In this document: positions 11,368-23,105 of the stretch, piece after piece
Layout of the letters: each line of letters starts with the position of its first letter
Position numbering within the stretch: the first letter of the stretch is position 1
NCBI RefSeq assembly: GCF_036971445.1
Contig: NC_091478.1
Location: forward strand, 19,716,001-19,780,000
Source: Narcine bancroftii
Lineage: Eukaryota
DNA length: 64,000 bases
Reading direction: 5' to 3'
Translations under genes and position numbers: made by a program
Notes under the pieces: model-generated
Database searches by the model: none
What the model was told of the DNA's origin: nothing
The model's input: only the letters and a program-made list of their open reading frames with translations

Positions 11368-11794
11368 GAGGTACAAGAAGTGGGCTTACAAATGAAAATA
11401 CGGCCTAGTGTGCTGCTGCTCTCATTCTCAATCCACAGGGCATGATATGCAGCTCTCAATACTGGATATGATGCATTAGCCATTGGGAATAATGTACTTA
11501 TTTTTATTTACTTCAAATGCTTTTCATTTCCTTTGATAAGTAAATTGACCAGATTTGGACACATTATGTCATTGTCTGGTTACTAAATTCATGGGCATTA
11601 TCGATGTTACTTCATTGTTTTAAAGATCTCTCTCTACATACAAAATCCCATTTGTTTTAACAGCCATTGAGATTTAACTAAAGAACTCAAGCACACTTAG
11701 GTCTTTTTCCTTAATTTAATGAAATGCCCTTTACAGCATAATCAAATTAGCTATTTTTAGCATTAATATTCTTTACTGTATATTTTTACATTTT

Positions 11795-12990
11795 ATCTGT
11801 TCAATTATTTTTAATAGTTTGTTTAAAATTTGTGACCATACATGCAGTCAATTACAAAATTTAAAAATGCACAAGGAGATCCAGTATTTACTCCATCATG
11901 GTTATACCCCAACCACCCAAGAAAAAACCCCAAAGAAAAAGATAGCTATAGAAAGAAAAGCAAAAAAAAGATAAAGGAAAGAAAGAAAAGAAAATAAAGA
12001 AGAATGGATTTCTGAAAAGCACTGCACACTTCACAGATCATAAGTTCATATTCGATTTCATTTCTTTGGAGATCAATGCAGGTCTCGAGGATTAGGAAGA
12101 ACACAGCTAAAAATTTGCAGCTGAGAATTGTAAATGTGGACGCCAAACATGTAAAAATATGTCATACTTATTTCTTAAGCTGTAAGTAATTTTCTCAAGG
12201 GGAACACAGCTATGGATCTCTTCATTCCAACATGCATACCCAGATGTGAATCAGACTTCCATGCAACTGCTATACATTTTCTATCACTGCCAACACAGTT
12301 TGGTGTTTAGATCATTTCAATTTAGGTGCTATCTCTGTAATATTACCCAGTAAAAATAATTCTGGGTTTTGTGGAAATTAATTCCTGTAATCTATTCGAA
12401 GAAATTTCCTCGATCGATCAAAAAAAAAGGTTTCACTTTAGAACATAACCATGTTGAATGTAAAAAAGTTCCTACCTCTTCGCCACATCTAAAACATCAG
12501 TCTGAATTTAATCTTTTTTAAAATTTCTGTGGTGTGAGATATAATTGAAGCAGGATATTATATTGTACTAATCCATATCTGACATTGATCATATTAGCCA
12601 TACTATCCTGACATAATTCAGACCCGGTTTATTCATTTAGTCTTACATTTAAGTCTGATTCCCATCTCTGACTGGACATGAACCCCTTTTTGGGGGTCCT
12701 ATTTGAAGAAAGAGATACATAGCTGAAATAAATTTCTTTGTATTTCCCATTTGAATCCGAGTCTCCACGTTGCTACAATTTGGTAAAAACATTGTTGGAC
12801 CCAATTTATCCCTTAGATACGCTCTTATTTGAAAGTAGCAGAAGATTGTGTTGTTAAAAATTCTGTACTTATTTTTTAATTGTTCTAATGTCCCCTCTCA
12901 TAACAATCTTAAATATATCTAATTCTTTTATGAGACCAGATTTCAAAAATTTGATTACCCATTGAAAAAGGTGTTCAATTATTAATGTAT
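11795..12990 (-). mobile_element. L1 LINE, 3' part of ORF2 plus 3' UTR (degenerate)
   Basis: Minus strand at ~12430-12500 gives CFRCGEEVGTFLHSTWLCSKVK, the L1 ORF2 CCHC knuckle; T-rich (minus A-rich) tail near 11800. Confidence 0.8.
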
Positions 12991-14124
12991 ACTCATGAAA
13001 TCATGGAACCCCCCACCCCCACTATTTTATGGCCCAAACATCGGCTGCTTTGATATGATCCGTGCAAAGGTTGCCCCCCCCCTCTATTTTTGGCTCTGAC
13101 TGCCCACCCCTCCGAGCTCCTGATGCCCTGAACAGTGTCAGTTGCCCCAGCCATCTGCCTACCGGAGCTCCCGACGCCCTGGCCACCCGCCCATTTGGAC
13201 TCCCAACTGCGGATCCTCGCCCTGACTGCCTGTCCATCCAAGCTCCTGATGGCAGATCCTCGCCCTCGCCTTCATCCATCTGAACCTTCTATGCCTTGGC
13301 TGCCCGCTCATCTGAACTCCCAACCATGGATCCTCACCCCAACCTACTGCCCATCTGAGCTCCCATGGATCCCACAGATTAAGAACCAACCAAGGTCGAG
13401 GTACCAAGCACAAGTTTATTTTGTGGATACAAACAGGGCAACAGGGTCAAAATACTAAATGAACCTATATACACACACATACACAATACGTAAGGGGTAA
13501 ATATATACATCGGATAATGAGGGAAAACCGAAAGAAACTGGGGAAATTACTTAAGTACATACAATTAACAGTTAGAATGAAGGTGATATTACGTGCCCCA
13601 CCCCTCGACCAGTTCAGACACGCCTCTAGCTACCTAACTTCAGGACTCACCCCAACCCAGTGTGAAAGGTTATACTTACTTGCATGTCACGAGGAGTCAA
13701 AATAGGCAGAACTAAGGGGCACATGGTCCTTTATAGTTCTGGAGCCGGTATTGGGGGCCAATCACTTGGGGTAGGCTGGGCCCCGTTGGCTGCTGTGGCT
13801 AATGGCTCAAAGCCAAATGCAGGGCCTCAGCAGGGGTCAGTTTAGGTGCCTCACCTGGGCCAACTGGGTGAAGGTCAGGGCTGAGTCCAGACAGCCTGTC
13901 TGGACTCCAGCACCTGGTGATTTAGGTGGGCCAATTGCAAAGGGTCGCCTTGATGGCTTCAGGTGAGTCTTGACCTTGATTGGCATGCAGTGTGTCCTCC
14001 AAATAGGAGTGCAGCAGCGCCACCATGTGGTGGCCATAACCTCTCCATTGTGAGGGGGAGGGAGGGGGGAGCCTGGAAGGGAGGCAGGTCTGAGAGACTT
14101 GAAAGAGTTGATGAAGTTGGTATA

Positions 14125-15155
14125 CAGCATGACTTCCCAAATTTTTTAGCTCACAGAACCCTTTCGGAAATCATGGAACCCCTTAGTTACGAACTGGAAG
14201 CCGACCGGAAGTAGAGTGGCGTCAACTTCCAGTTCGAGCATGGTTGAATCTAATTTAAATTAAATTATTTTTCTTAAACCGTTAACCAATCTGAGGCAGT
14301 TCTTGCAAAATTCCATTTCTTCAGAATTTGATTATATTTTTTCAACTGAATATTAACCAAATTGCAAATGCAAATATCACTGACCTCCCAGATGCCAAAT
14401 GCCCACCAACACCAACCTTCCAGAAGCAGGTTTCCAACCCATTCCCAGCCACCCACAGGCAGGATGTCTCCCTATGCCTCTGAGCGAACATCCATGGCTG
14501 CCCGCCGATGATGCCTTCTGATGTCTTCGATGTGGGTTTTCATCCCAGCCCCTGCTGCCCATAGGCCCGAGCTTCCAACACCTCCACCACTAACCCCCTC
14601 ATCCCCACAAACCAGGCCACTGTCACCTCCTCTGGTGACCCTGACTACAAAACATACTGTAGCCCCCAATGCCTCTATCTGCACAAGCCCCAGTCCCAAC
14701 CAACACCATTCCTGTGCCACGTCGACTTCATCACCGGTGCCCACACCAACCTAAGTGAGCGGCCAGGGGGGAGGGAGGAAGAGGGCGAGCCAGTGACCGA
14801 GAGGGAGGGGAAGGGAGCAAGTGAGCAAGAGAAAGGGAGGGGGACACAAAAGCCACAGAGAGTCAGCAAAAGCCATTCCTGCTGTGCTGCACACGTGGAA
14901 TTTCTTACTTTTTAAATTTCTAAAATGTGGCCAGCCTTGCACCAAAAGAAATCCGAGTCTCATTGGTTGAAAATGGCATCTTGAGGCCTGACATCAGAAG
15001 TGCAGGCGCCAGGCCTCAAGACTCCATTTTGTTTTGCTGCCATTGCAAATACAGTGATTTAAAGAAAAACAATTATTGCTGGTTATAGTTATTACTACCT
15101 TTTTCTTCCACGGAACCTCTATGGCTTTCTGCGGAACCCTGTTTGGATCATGCTG
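14125..15155. mobile_element. Probable non-autonomous hAT-like element; related partial copy at ~12995-13390
   Basis: Termini CAGCATGA...TCATGCTG with subterminal GGAACCC repeats; no 8-bp TSD recognisable. Confidence 0.45.
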
Positions 15156-17229
15156 GAGTGCAGGTTCTGTTAACCAAAGAGAAAGAAAATTAACATCTTC
15201 TTGAAATAACTGCAACAGTGGACCAAGATATCTTAGTGAGTGAGTCAGTGGTCCTACAGAGCAGCCAACCTCCCTCCCCCGGGAGTCATAGCACATTTAA
15301 TGGGAGCCATGGACTGATATCGTATATATTTTTTATATAGTCAGTAGGAGAGAAGTACAGAAGAAACCAACTAAATGACTGCTTCACAGGAAAAGGGGCG
15401 CATAAACTTTGAGCCAAATTCTAAGAGGGGTCATTGCGGAAAAAAAAGGTTGAGAATGGTTGATATGGAGAGATGAAACTGTGCATATGCCACTATATTG
15501 TGATTGTCAGGATGTGGCAAATTCATGATTTGTGAAGCACCAAATATTAATGTAACCATTGACACAGCACCACATGACTGGTAGGAATGCAAATATGACA
15601 GGTGCTAGCTCCTGATTTTGCCTGGATTTTCTTTCAATAACCCTACAGTCAGATCGTTTTTTAATTCCAAATGTCAAAGCTCACAAATGAGAAACGACTC
15701 CTCGGATGGAAACCAGATAATTTTCTTCATTCCATCGTGGGAAGTGGGCGTTACTGACAAAGCCTTAAATAAATGCCTAAAATTGCATAGGGTCGTGACT
15801 GATTGATCAGTCTGATGACACCTCTGTGAGGTGCCCCTGGGACATGGTCCTATTTTAAAGCTGCTACAAAACAATAGAATCAAGAGAAAACTAGCAAAAA
15901 AAAAGGATTTCTCTCTTTGATTTCCATTTGTTTAGTGGAATGCTAGAGGACAGATTTTCTGATCCCTCTACAAAGGCAGCAGGTGCAAAGATCTGGCTTT
16001 TTTTCCTTTTTAATCCGGGCTCTTACTTGGGCTTGAAGGCTCGCTGACATCTGATGTCAATGCATTATCAATTTACAGAATATAACTGTACTGAGAGATA
16101 CATCTATACTGAGAGATTTGTAAATTATTCTGAAATCAAAGTTATTTTAAAAGACAATTTTTAAGCATTCCATTGTTGGAATTTAAGTTCAGCCTGGTGG
16201 TTGGATCACTTCTTTCCCAGGCAACATCTCTATTGCACTTTGCATTCACAGTGATTTCCCGAACAAATTGGGGGCTGCACAGTGAACATCGGGGTTAGTG
16301 CAATGTTGCAGTGCCAGTGATCCGGGTGTGAATCTGCTGCTATCTCTAAGGAGTATATATGTTCTCCCTGTGTCTGCATGGGTTTCCTCTGGGTGCTCTG
16401 GTTTCCTCTAACCCTTCAAAATGTCCGAAGGTTGTAGGTCATTTGGATATAATTTGGCAGCACAGGGTCCTGGACCAGAAGGGCCTGTAACCATGTCTGA
16501 AAGGAATCTTGACCAGACATGAGTCTGCTTAAGTATTTTGAAAACAGATTCATTGCTCCCTGTAAATGAATAAATATAGGTGGAGTATTTCTGACTAATT
16601 ATTAGTATTGTAGGATTAGGGACCACTACTTCTAAATTAAATTTGTTAGTTCACTGCCATCTTTTCAAGGTAATCCCCGCATCATGAAAAATAAATTGAA
16701 TAAAAAGTTGTTTGCCATCTCAATTTTAAACAAGTTCCTCACTTTGAACTGTTAATTATGTTGTTTAATTCAATTAAGGCTCCATAAAACTGGAGCTAAA
16801 CAAACTGATTTATGGAAATGATTTATGGAAGAGTCAAGAGGAGGTTTGAAATTTCCCCCTCAATAATAGGATACTACTATGTGGAATACATTATAATAAA
16901 CCGCTATTGAAGGCATTCAATCATGTTTGAAAATAGATAAATGCTCAAAGTACGGATGGAACGGAGACGACTGAGACATAGAGGGTCTGATGGTGATTCC
17001 ATCATTGTACAGTTACAATGAGCTGGGATTCAAGAGGGTGGGAAGATGTCCCAAAGGGACTCAGGCGCTGAAGGCTTCCTCGTCATGTCGAAGGTTTGGA
17101 TCCAGACCTCGGGTTGCCGAGCAATCGAACAGGAGCCTGTTTAGCTGCAGAGGTTGCAGGGGCACTGGAGGCGAGTCCACGCATACTCACTGAAGGGACT
17201 CTCTTTTGCTTTTCTTTTTCCCTTTCTGT

Positions 17230-17860
17230 TGTCATACCCACACTCCTGTTCAACTCCGAATCATTGGTCCTCTACCGGCATCATCTGCGGCTCCTAGAAC
17301 GCTTCCACCAGCATTGTTTCCGCTCCATCCTCAGCATTCATTGGAGCGACTTCATCTCCAACATCGAAGTACTCGAGATGGCAGAGGCCGACAGCATCGA
17401 ATCCACGCTGCTGAAGATCCAACTGCGCTGGGTAGGTCACGTCTCCAGAATGGAGGACCATCGCCTTCCCAAGATCGTGTTACATGGCGAGCTCTCCACT
17501 GGCCACCGAGACAGAGGTGCACCAAAGAAGAGGTACAAGGACTGCCTAAAGAAATCTCTTGGTGCCTGCCACATTGACCACCGCCAGTGGGCTGATATCG
17601 CCTCAAACTGTGCATCTTGGCGCCTCACAGTTCGGTGGGCAGCAACCTCCTTTGATGAAGACCACAGAGCCCACCTCACTGACAAAAGACAAAGGAGGAA
17701 AAACCCAACACCCAACCCCAACCCACCAATTTTCCCTTGCAAACGCTGCAACCGTGTCTGCCTGTCCTGCATCGGACTCGTCAGCCACAAACGAGCCTGC
17801 AGTTGACGTGGACATTACCCCTCCATAAATCTTCGTCCGCGAAGCCAAGCCAAAGAAGAA
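17230..17860 (+). mobile_element. RTE-clade LINE, 5'-truncated 3' end
   Basis: ORF 17096-17806 contains LERFHQ..R.IL.I.W, QLRWVGHVSRMEDHRLPK and a C-terminal CxxC...SHxRxC finger; tail GCCAAGCCAAAGAAGAAG. Inserted into another repeat (16990-17980) related to 25380-26185 and 62250-62580. Confidence 0.9.
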
Positions 17861-18735
17861 GGGGGAGTGGGCAACACTAATGGTGACTCGTTGTCTACCT
17901 TACAGCAGGCAGGAGACAATTTTGTGTAACATTAACATTCCTTTATTGTCATGTACATGACAGTAAAGGAATCTTGAATCTTGAGCTGTAATAACTACAT
18001 TGTTATGCTCCAATTTTGTAAGAACAGTAACTGGCTATGAATGATGAAAAGTTCGGTATTTAATACTTTGAATTGTCGGTGAAACAGCACTGCCAGAAAT
18101 TGTCACAAATACACATCCTTTTGAATCATTAGAAAAGGAAGTGGGCAGTTTCCTTATTCAGTAGGGAGTGAAGGGATATGGGTTTGGCTTTTGAGTGATA
18201 TTCAGGCAGACTATTTTAAACAAAGCATTTTTAGCCAACATCTTTCCTTGGAGATTGAGCTTTTTCAGTTGATTTTAATACATTCTGACATTAAATTGGG
18301 AAACCAACTGGAAGTGGAAATATTTGTATGTTATATAATGCGATTTCTTTTTTAACAGAAGCTTTCAAAGTGAGATTGCTTGAATGACCAAAGGAACTGC
18401 GCACACTCACCATCCGAGACTCTAATAAAGTAAGAAGCAATACTTATTTATTTTTATATATGTATCTTTATCCTGTGTTTGTATTTTTTAATCTGTATGT
18501 GTGTTATGTCTGGTTGTGTATCTGCATGTTTTGCACTGAGGACTGTACTTGTACCATACTGGCTATACTTGTGCAATCAGAACTTGAAGAGTGAAACCAC
18601 CAGATTCCACACAGAAAAGATCTTGCAGTAGAATCAGGTAAGACGTAATGCTAGGGGTAAAAACTTATTTCAATTTAATTCATTTCAATTTCAATTTTGT
18701 TTTGCATAATCTGGTCATTTAAACTAAAAGAGGCA

Positions 18736-18741
18736 TTTATT
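18736..18741 (-). terminator. Candidate DUSP5 polyadenylation signal (AATAAA)
   Basis: First AATAAA found on the minus strand after the stop codon (~630 nt downstream); not confirmed. Confidence 0.5.
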
Positions 18742-19367
18742 ACGACACTATTAACCAGTACAGTCCATGAACAATGATGTAAAAGGTTTCCAGCTGTCCT
18801 TCTTGTTCTTTTGTATTATGGCTGTTTTCTTGGAAAAAGACATTTACACGTGTTCTTCCATTTTTTTAACAATATGCATTTAACATTAAGACTGTTCATG
18901 CAATTATTTCAGACAAACATAAGATCAAATGGATCTGAATTGGACACCAGGGGTAACTATTAGAAGCATCGTATACCGATGATGTCAGCTTTGGTTTGCA
19001 TTAATGTACTCAGAATATTTGAGCCATAAAACAATTAAAAACCCCAGCTCCTCTCAGCTGGTGGACATGTATGCAGTACACATAGCAAAGACAATATTTA
19101 ATATGTACTTTATGTGGGCATGATATCAAGTTATATCTGCCTTTCCATTTCATTTAGACATGGTTATAACATTCAGTAGCTTTGGAGCAGAAAATGTGCT
19201 GAACTGATTGGTGGGTTTAAATTGGACCAGTACTGCAAGGACGAAGCTTGAGATGCACAGTATTGCAGGACTTGAAGAATCCATGTAAAAGCATCCAAGG
19301 TTCATTATCAAGGGATTGTGAGTCTTCATGTATCTCCACTCCACGGATTTTCAAGTTGTGCTATATT

Positions 19368-19762
19368 TCAGCAAGAAAGTGACACCTTTATTGGGCTGAA
19401 TTCAAACTGGTGACTGGGTGGTGGGATTGGCACTGTACTTAAGAGTGAACTGGGAAAGTTAAAAACGGAATTGTCCAAACTTTTATTGTAGGTCAATTCC
19501 TCTGCAGAGCATGATGCTGTGTCTCTTTTACAGGAACTGACGGTGTGAGTAAGGGGAAGCGTTTCGGATTCATAATGCAGTAACTGGTTCATAAATCCAA
19601 AATTCGGAGAAATTGTATTTCTTCGCTCTTTAATGTAGTCAAAGGCTTCATCCAATCGTAACTGCTTGCTCTTCATTAGATATGCTAAGCAGATGGTGGG
19701 TGACCGAGAGATGCCTGCTTCACAGTGGACGAGGACCTTTCCTCCCGTGTGCCTCACATGAT
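19368..19762 (-). CDS. DUSP5: DUSP5 exon 4 (catalytic HCEAGISRS motif to stop codon)
   Basis: Acceptor ttttgcAG|AT CAT GTG; (D)HVRHTGGKVLVHCEAGISRSPTICLAYLMKSKQLRLDEAFDYIKERRNTISPNFGFMNQLLHYESE...SLSC*. HCEAGISRSPTIC is characteristic of DUSP5 (DUSP1/2/4 have HCQAGISRSATIC). Confidence 0.96.
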
Positions 19763-20219
19763 CTGCAAAATAATGTTAACTCATTTTAACTCATGGTTAA
19801 GTTGTTTTCCAAATTAGCATGCCCACTCCATTTAAAGTGTATTTTTAGCCAAAGAATACTTTAGCCAAGAAGTGCAAAGCATCTACCCTCCCTTTCTCCT
19901 CAATTAATTTTTGCCACTTGTTGTGGTGCTAATTCGTGCTGAGGAATCATTCCACAGTTAGTAAACAGTCCACGTCCACTGTCACTTCATTGAAATGATG
20001 ATTGTCCTACAAATGTGAACATAGATGGTGGACGTTTGTAATCTATTCAGGGCACTGCAGTTAAGCCTTAATCCACACATTGAAACATACACATGTAACA
20101 GGGAAAAAAAGCTTGGAAAGAATATTTCACTTTATTCCTTTGTTGAAGTTGTCATCGAGACTAATGACAGCTTTACTGTTAATTCTCCAGTAACTGTGAA
20201 TTAAACAGGATTTTGTAGT

Positions 20220-20555
20220 TAAAGAGTTTTGGTGGAAACTGGCTCTTCAGTCCAACATTAAAGCTGACTAAGTTGTCTATATAAGTTAGTCCCATTTGAC
20301 TGTATTTGGCCCACATCCCTCTGAACCTTTCCTATCCACATAACCGTCCAAATGTCTTTTAAACATTGCAATTATAGGTCCCACTCCCTCTTACACTAAC
20401 AACTTGTTCCACATGTCTATCACCCTCTGTGTGAATAAAGATTCCTAATAAATCTTTCCCCTCTCACCTTAAATCTCTGCCCTCTAATTTTGGACTCTGT
20501 TATGCTGGGGTAAAAAAAAATGATGATTATTTACTATACCTGCAACCTCATGATT
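20220..20555 (-). mobile_element. CR1-like LINE 3' fragment
   Basis: Reverse complement of the CR1 3' pattern (FFTQRVxxxWN...; GGGCCAAATACAGTCAAATGGGACTA tail). Confidence 0.6.
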
Positions 20556-21020
20556 TCCGATTTTATGCTCTTCATCAGTGTGATTGAAGGCATTCAATTT
20601 AGAACGGAATAAAAATTTTTGTAAGAAGGCATTGCCGATCAATTACAACAATTTCATTAGTTTCTGTTTTCCATTATTTCACATGTTTCCAGGACAGTGT
20701 GAATGAGTAAACACCTGGGCACCAGGTACTGGGCATTCCAATAATCAGTAATGATTGCTGTTCTACTGATCACTTGTGCTTTTCAACTTCGTTCTAGTCA
20801 CTATCACATTTTGAATCACTGACGTCAGCACCAAGCACTCCCAAATCAGGTGATCTTCAATCCAACACAAAGATCCTTTATCTCTGCTCCACAGAATGCC
20901 ACTGCCCCAACCTTGTCACATACCCTACCTTCTGCATTGATGAGAGCGACTTCTGCTTCTTACAGAAACCATAAACCTCTCTGAATAATCAGAGTTGATT
21001 TAAAATTATATATTTAAGAC

Positions 21021-21219
21021 CAGTCATTCTCAATGGGGGCCGTAGCACATTTACGGTGGGGAGAGGCACAGACTGAAATCATTAAATATTTCTAATGTTG
21101 TTTTTATGGGTAGAAGTACAAAAGAAACGAACTAAACTTAACTGCTTCACAAGGAATGGGGCCCATAAATTTACAGCAAAGTCATAAGGGGGGGGGGGGG
21201 GTTGGGTTGAGAATGGCTA
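21021..21219. mobile_element. hAT-like MITE
   Basis: Termini CAGTCATTCTCAA...TTGAGAATGGCTA; related fragment at ~15300-15462. Confidence 0.6.
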
Positions 21220-21249
21220 GAATGGATCATCATTTGAACTCTGGCCAGT

Positions 21250-21400
21250 TATCATACACAAAAGTGCTGGAGAAACTCAGTGAGTCATGCAGTGTTCTTT
21301 ATGTAATAAAGATGCATAACCAACATTTCAGGTCTGAACCCTTCGTCAAGATATGAGCAAAAAAGCAGGGAAGGGGTTGGGAAATGGAAGGCAGCGGGAT

Positions 21401-21469
<69 letters not shown>

Positions 21470-21700
21470 CTGGGAGAGGCCTAACAGAAACTGGAGGTTG
21501 ATGTTAATGCCGTCTGGTTGGAGATACTGCAGATGTTGTCTCTCCCTCTCTTTCCCCATCCCTCCGTCTCCTTTCTTCCAGCTTCCCTCTCCATTTAGAG
21601 AGCTTATCCCCTCCCCTATCACTTCCCATCTTCCCTTTTGCCCTCCCACCCATATCCACCGATGATTCCTGCCTGTGGGTCTGTGCTCCTCCCCCCACCA
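21250..21700. mobile_element. Penelope-like terminal repeat fragments (inverted pair) containing (GA)n at 21404-21460
   Basis: TGCTGGAGAAACTCAG terminal motif, hammerhead-like motif at 21315-21355 and minus-strand LQPDGININ, the C-terminus of the Penelope ORF. Confidence 0.7.
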
Positions 21701-21838
21701 AAATGGTCTGTTACATGCTGTATGTCAAAATTTACAATTTTTTATATCTCAAAAATGGACTTAATGCCAGCAAATGCTTTGAAACAAACATATAGTATTG
21801 AATAATAGAGGACAAAAATCTACACAACTAGTACCTAC

Positions 21839-22058
21839 CAATAAAGTCTATTGCTTCTTGGAAGTTGGAACTTATATCTGCAGAGGCGCTGTCTTCTACA
21901 GGGATGAACTTGTAGAGGTAATTGCTTTTGAAGTACTCGGCACAGTTACGGGAAACATTGAGCAAAGCAGTGATGTGGAGATCATCTAGAAAGTCTGGTC
22001 TGGAGGCATGGTAAGCACTACCCAAGTATAAGAAAGGTAGGATCTCCACAGGTTTCCC
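21839..22058 (-). CDS. DUSP5: DUSP5 exon 3 (phosphatase domain, 220 nt)
   Basis: Acceptor catttccAG|GGG AAA CCT; GKPVEILPFLYLGSAYHASRPDFLDDLHITALLNVS...IPVEDSASADISSNFQEAIDFI; donor G|GTAGGT (phase 1). Confidence 0.96.
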
Positions 22059-22644
22059 CTGGAAATGGAAGAAAACAAGCACTGTTAAAAACATGTTGAA
22101 ACCCATAAAAATCAGAACGTGGTAACACAAAAAACACAAGAATCTCAAATAGCTGATTCAGGTGTCTCCCAATACTTCTGTCCCCTTTTATCTTGGTGCC
22201 ATATATTTCCATGAATTCTAGACAATTGGGAATATTGGGATGAAGCCAGTTATTGGAAAGTGATATCCTCACCGATGATTATCCATCACCATGCAAAGAA
22301 ACATCTCAGCCTAATCAAGAATGACTTTTGCAGACAGAGTGGGCATCAGAACAAGTCTAATCAGGGGGCATTAGAGTAACTGCAGTGGGGGGGGGGGGAA
22401 ACGTATTGACGTTCAAAAACTCTCTCAACAGGGGTGAGGGGTGAAGGTGGGTGCCATACCTGCCATGAATCTCCTCCATGCACCGCTGTCATACTTCCCC
22501 CCCCCCTGACATTACAGACAAATGTACGTGCTTACATCACGTGGACGCTAGCGGTTAGCGCTGCGGGTGCTGCACGATAACTCATTTTTGGGGGTGGGGG
22601 CAATGCGCCCCCCCCCACCCTTGACGCCGGTTGTGTCTGCAGGG

Positions 22645-23105
22645 AATCTCAGATTTCGGATTAATTGTCAGAGTACATGCATGACATCAGATACAACCCT
22701 GAGATTCTTTTTCCTGTGGGCGAGGCAGAATTACCACTTATTGGTAGTGCAAAAAAAAGACGCAACGTACACATGTAAACAAATAAAGAAATGTAAACAA
22801 ACTGACTGTACAATAAGGAGAAAAAAGTCAATAAAGTACCAAAGTATTGAGTTTATTGTTGAGGAGTCTGATGGTGGAGTTCTGTTCCTGAACCTGATGG
22901 TGCTAGTCTTGTGGCCCCTATAACTCTTTCCTGATGACAGCAGCGAGAACAGAGTGAGTGATTGCTGCTGCTGCTCTCTGACGACAGCATTCCCCAAAGA
23001 TATTCTCGATGGTGGGGAAGGTTTTGGCTGTTAGGTCCTGGGCTGTGTCCACTATCTTTTGCAGGGCATTATGCTCAGGGGTATAGGTGTCCTCGTACCA
23101 GATCT
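22645..23105 (-). mobile_element. Rex1/Babar-like LINE 3' fragment
   Basis: Minus ORFs give ALQKIVDTAQDLT..TFPTIENIF and LFSLLSSGKSYRGHKTSTIRFRN; the tail is shared with ~33005-33115. Confidence 0.7.

Noticed and set aside
21299-21701. ERERER / LSLSLS ORFs
   Set aside because: Translation of a (GA)n microsatellite within a Penelope terminal fragment.
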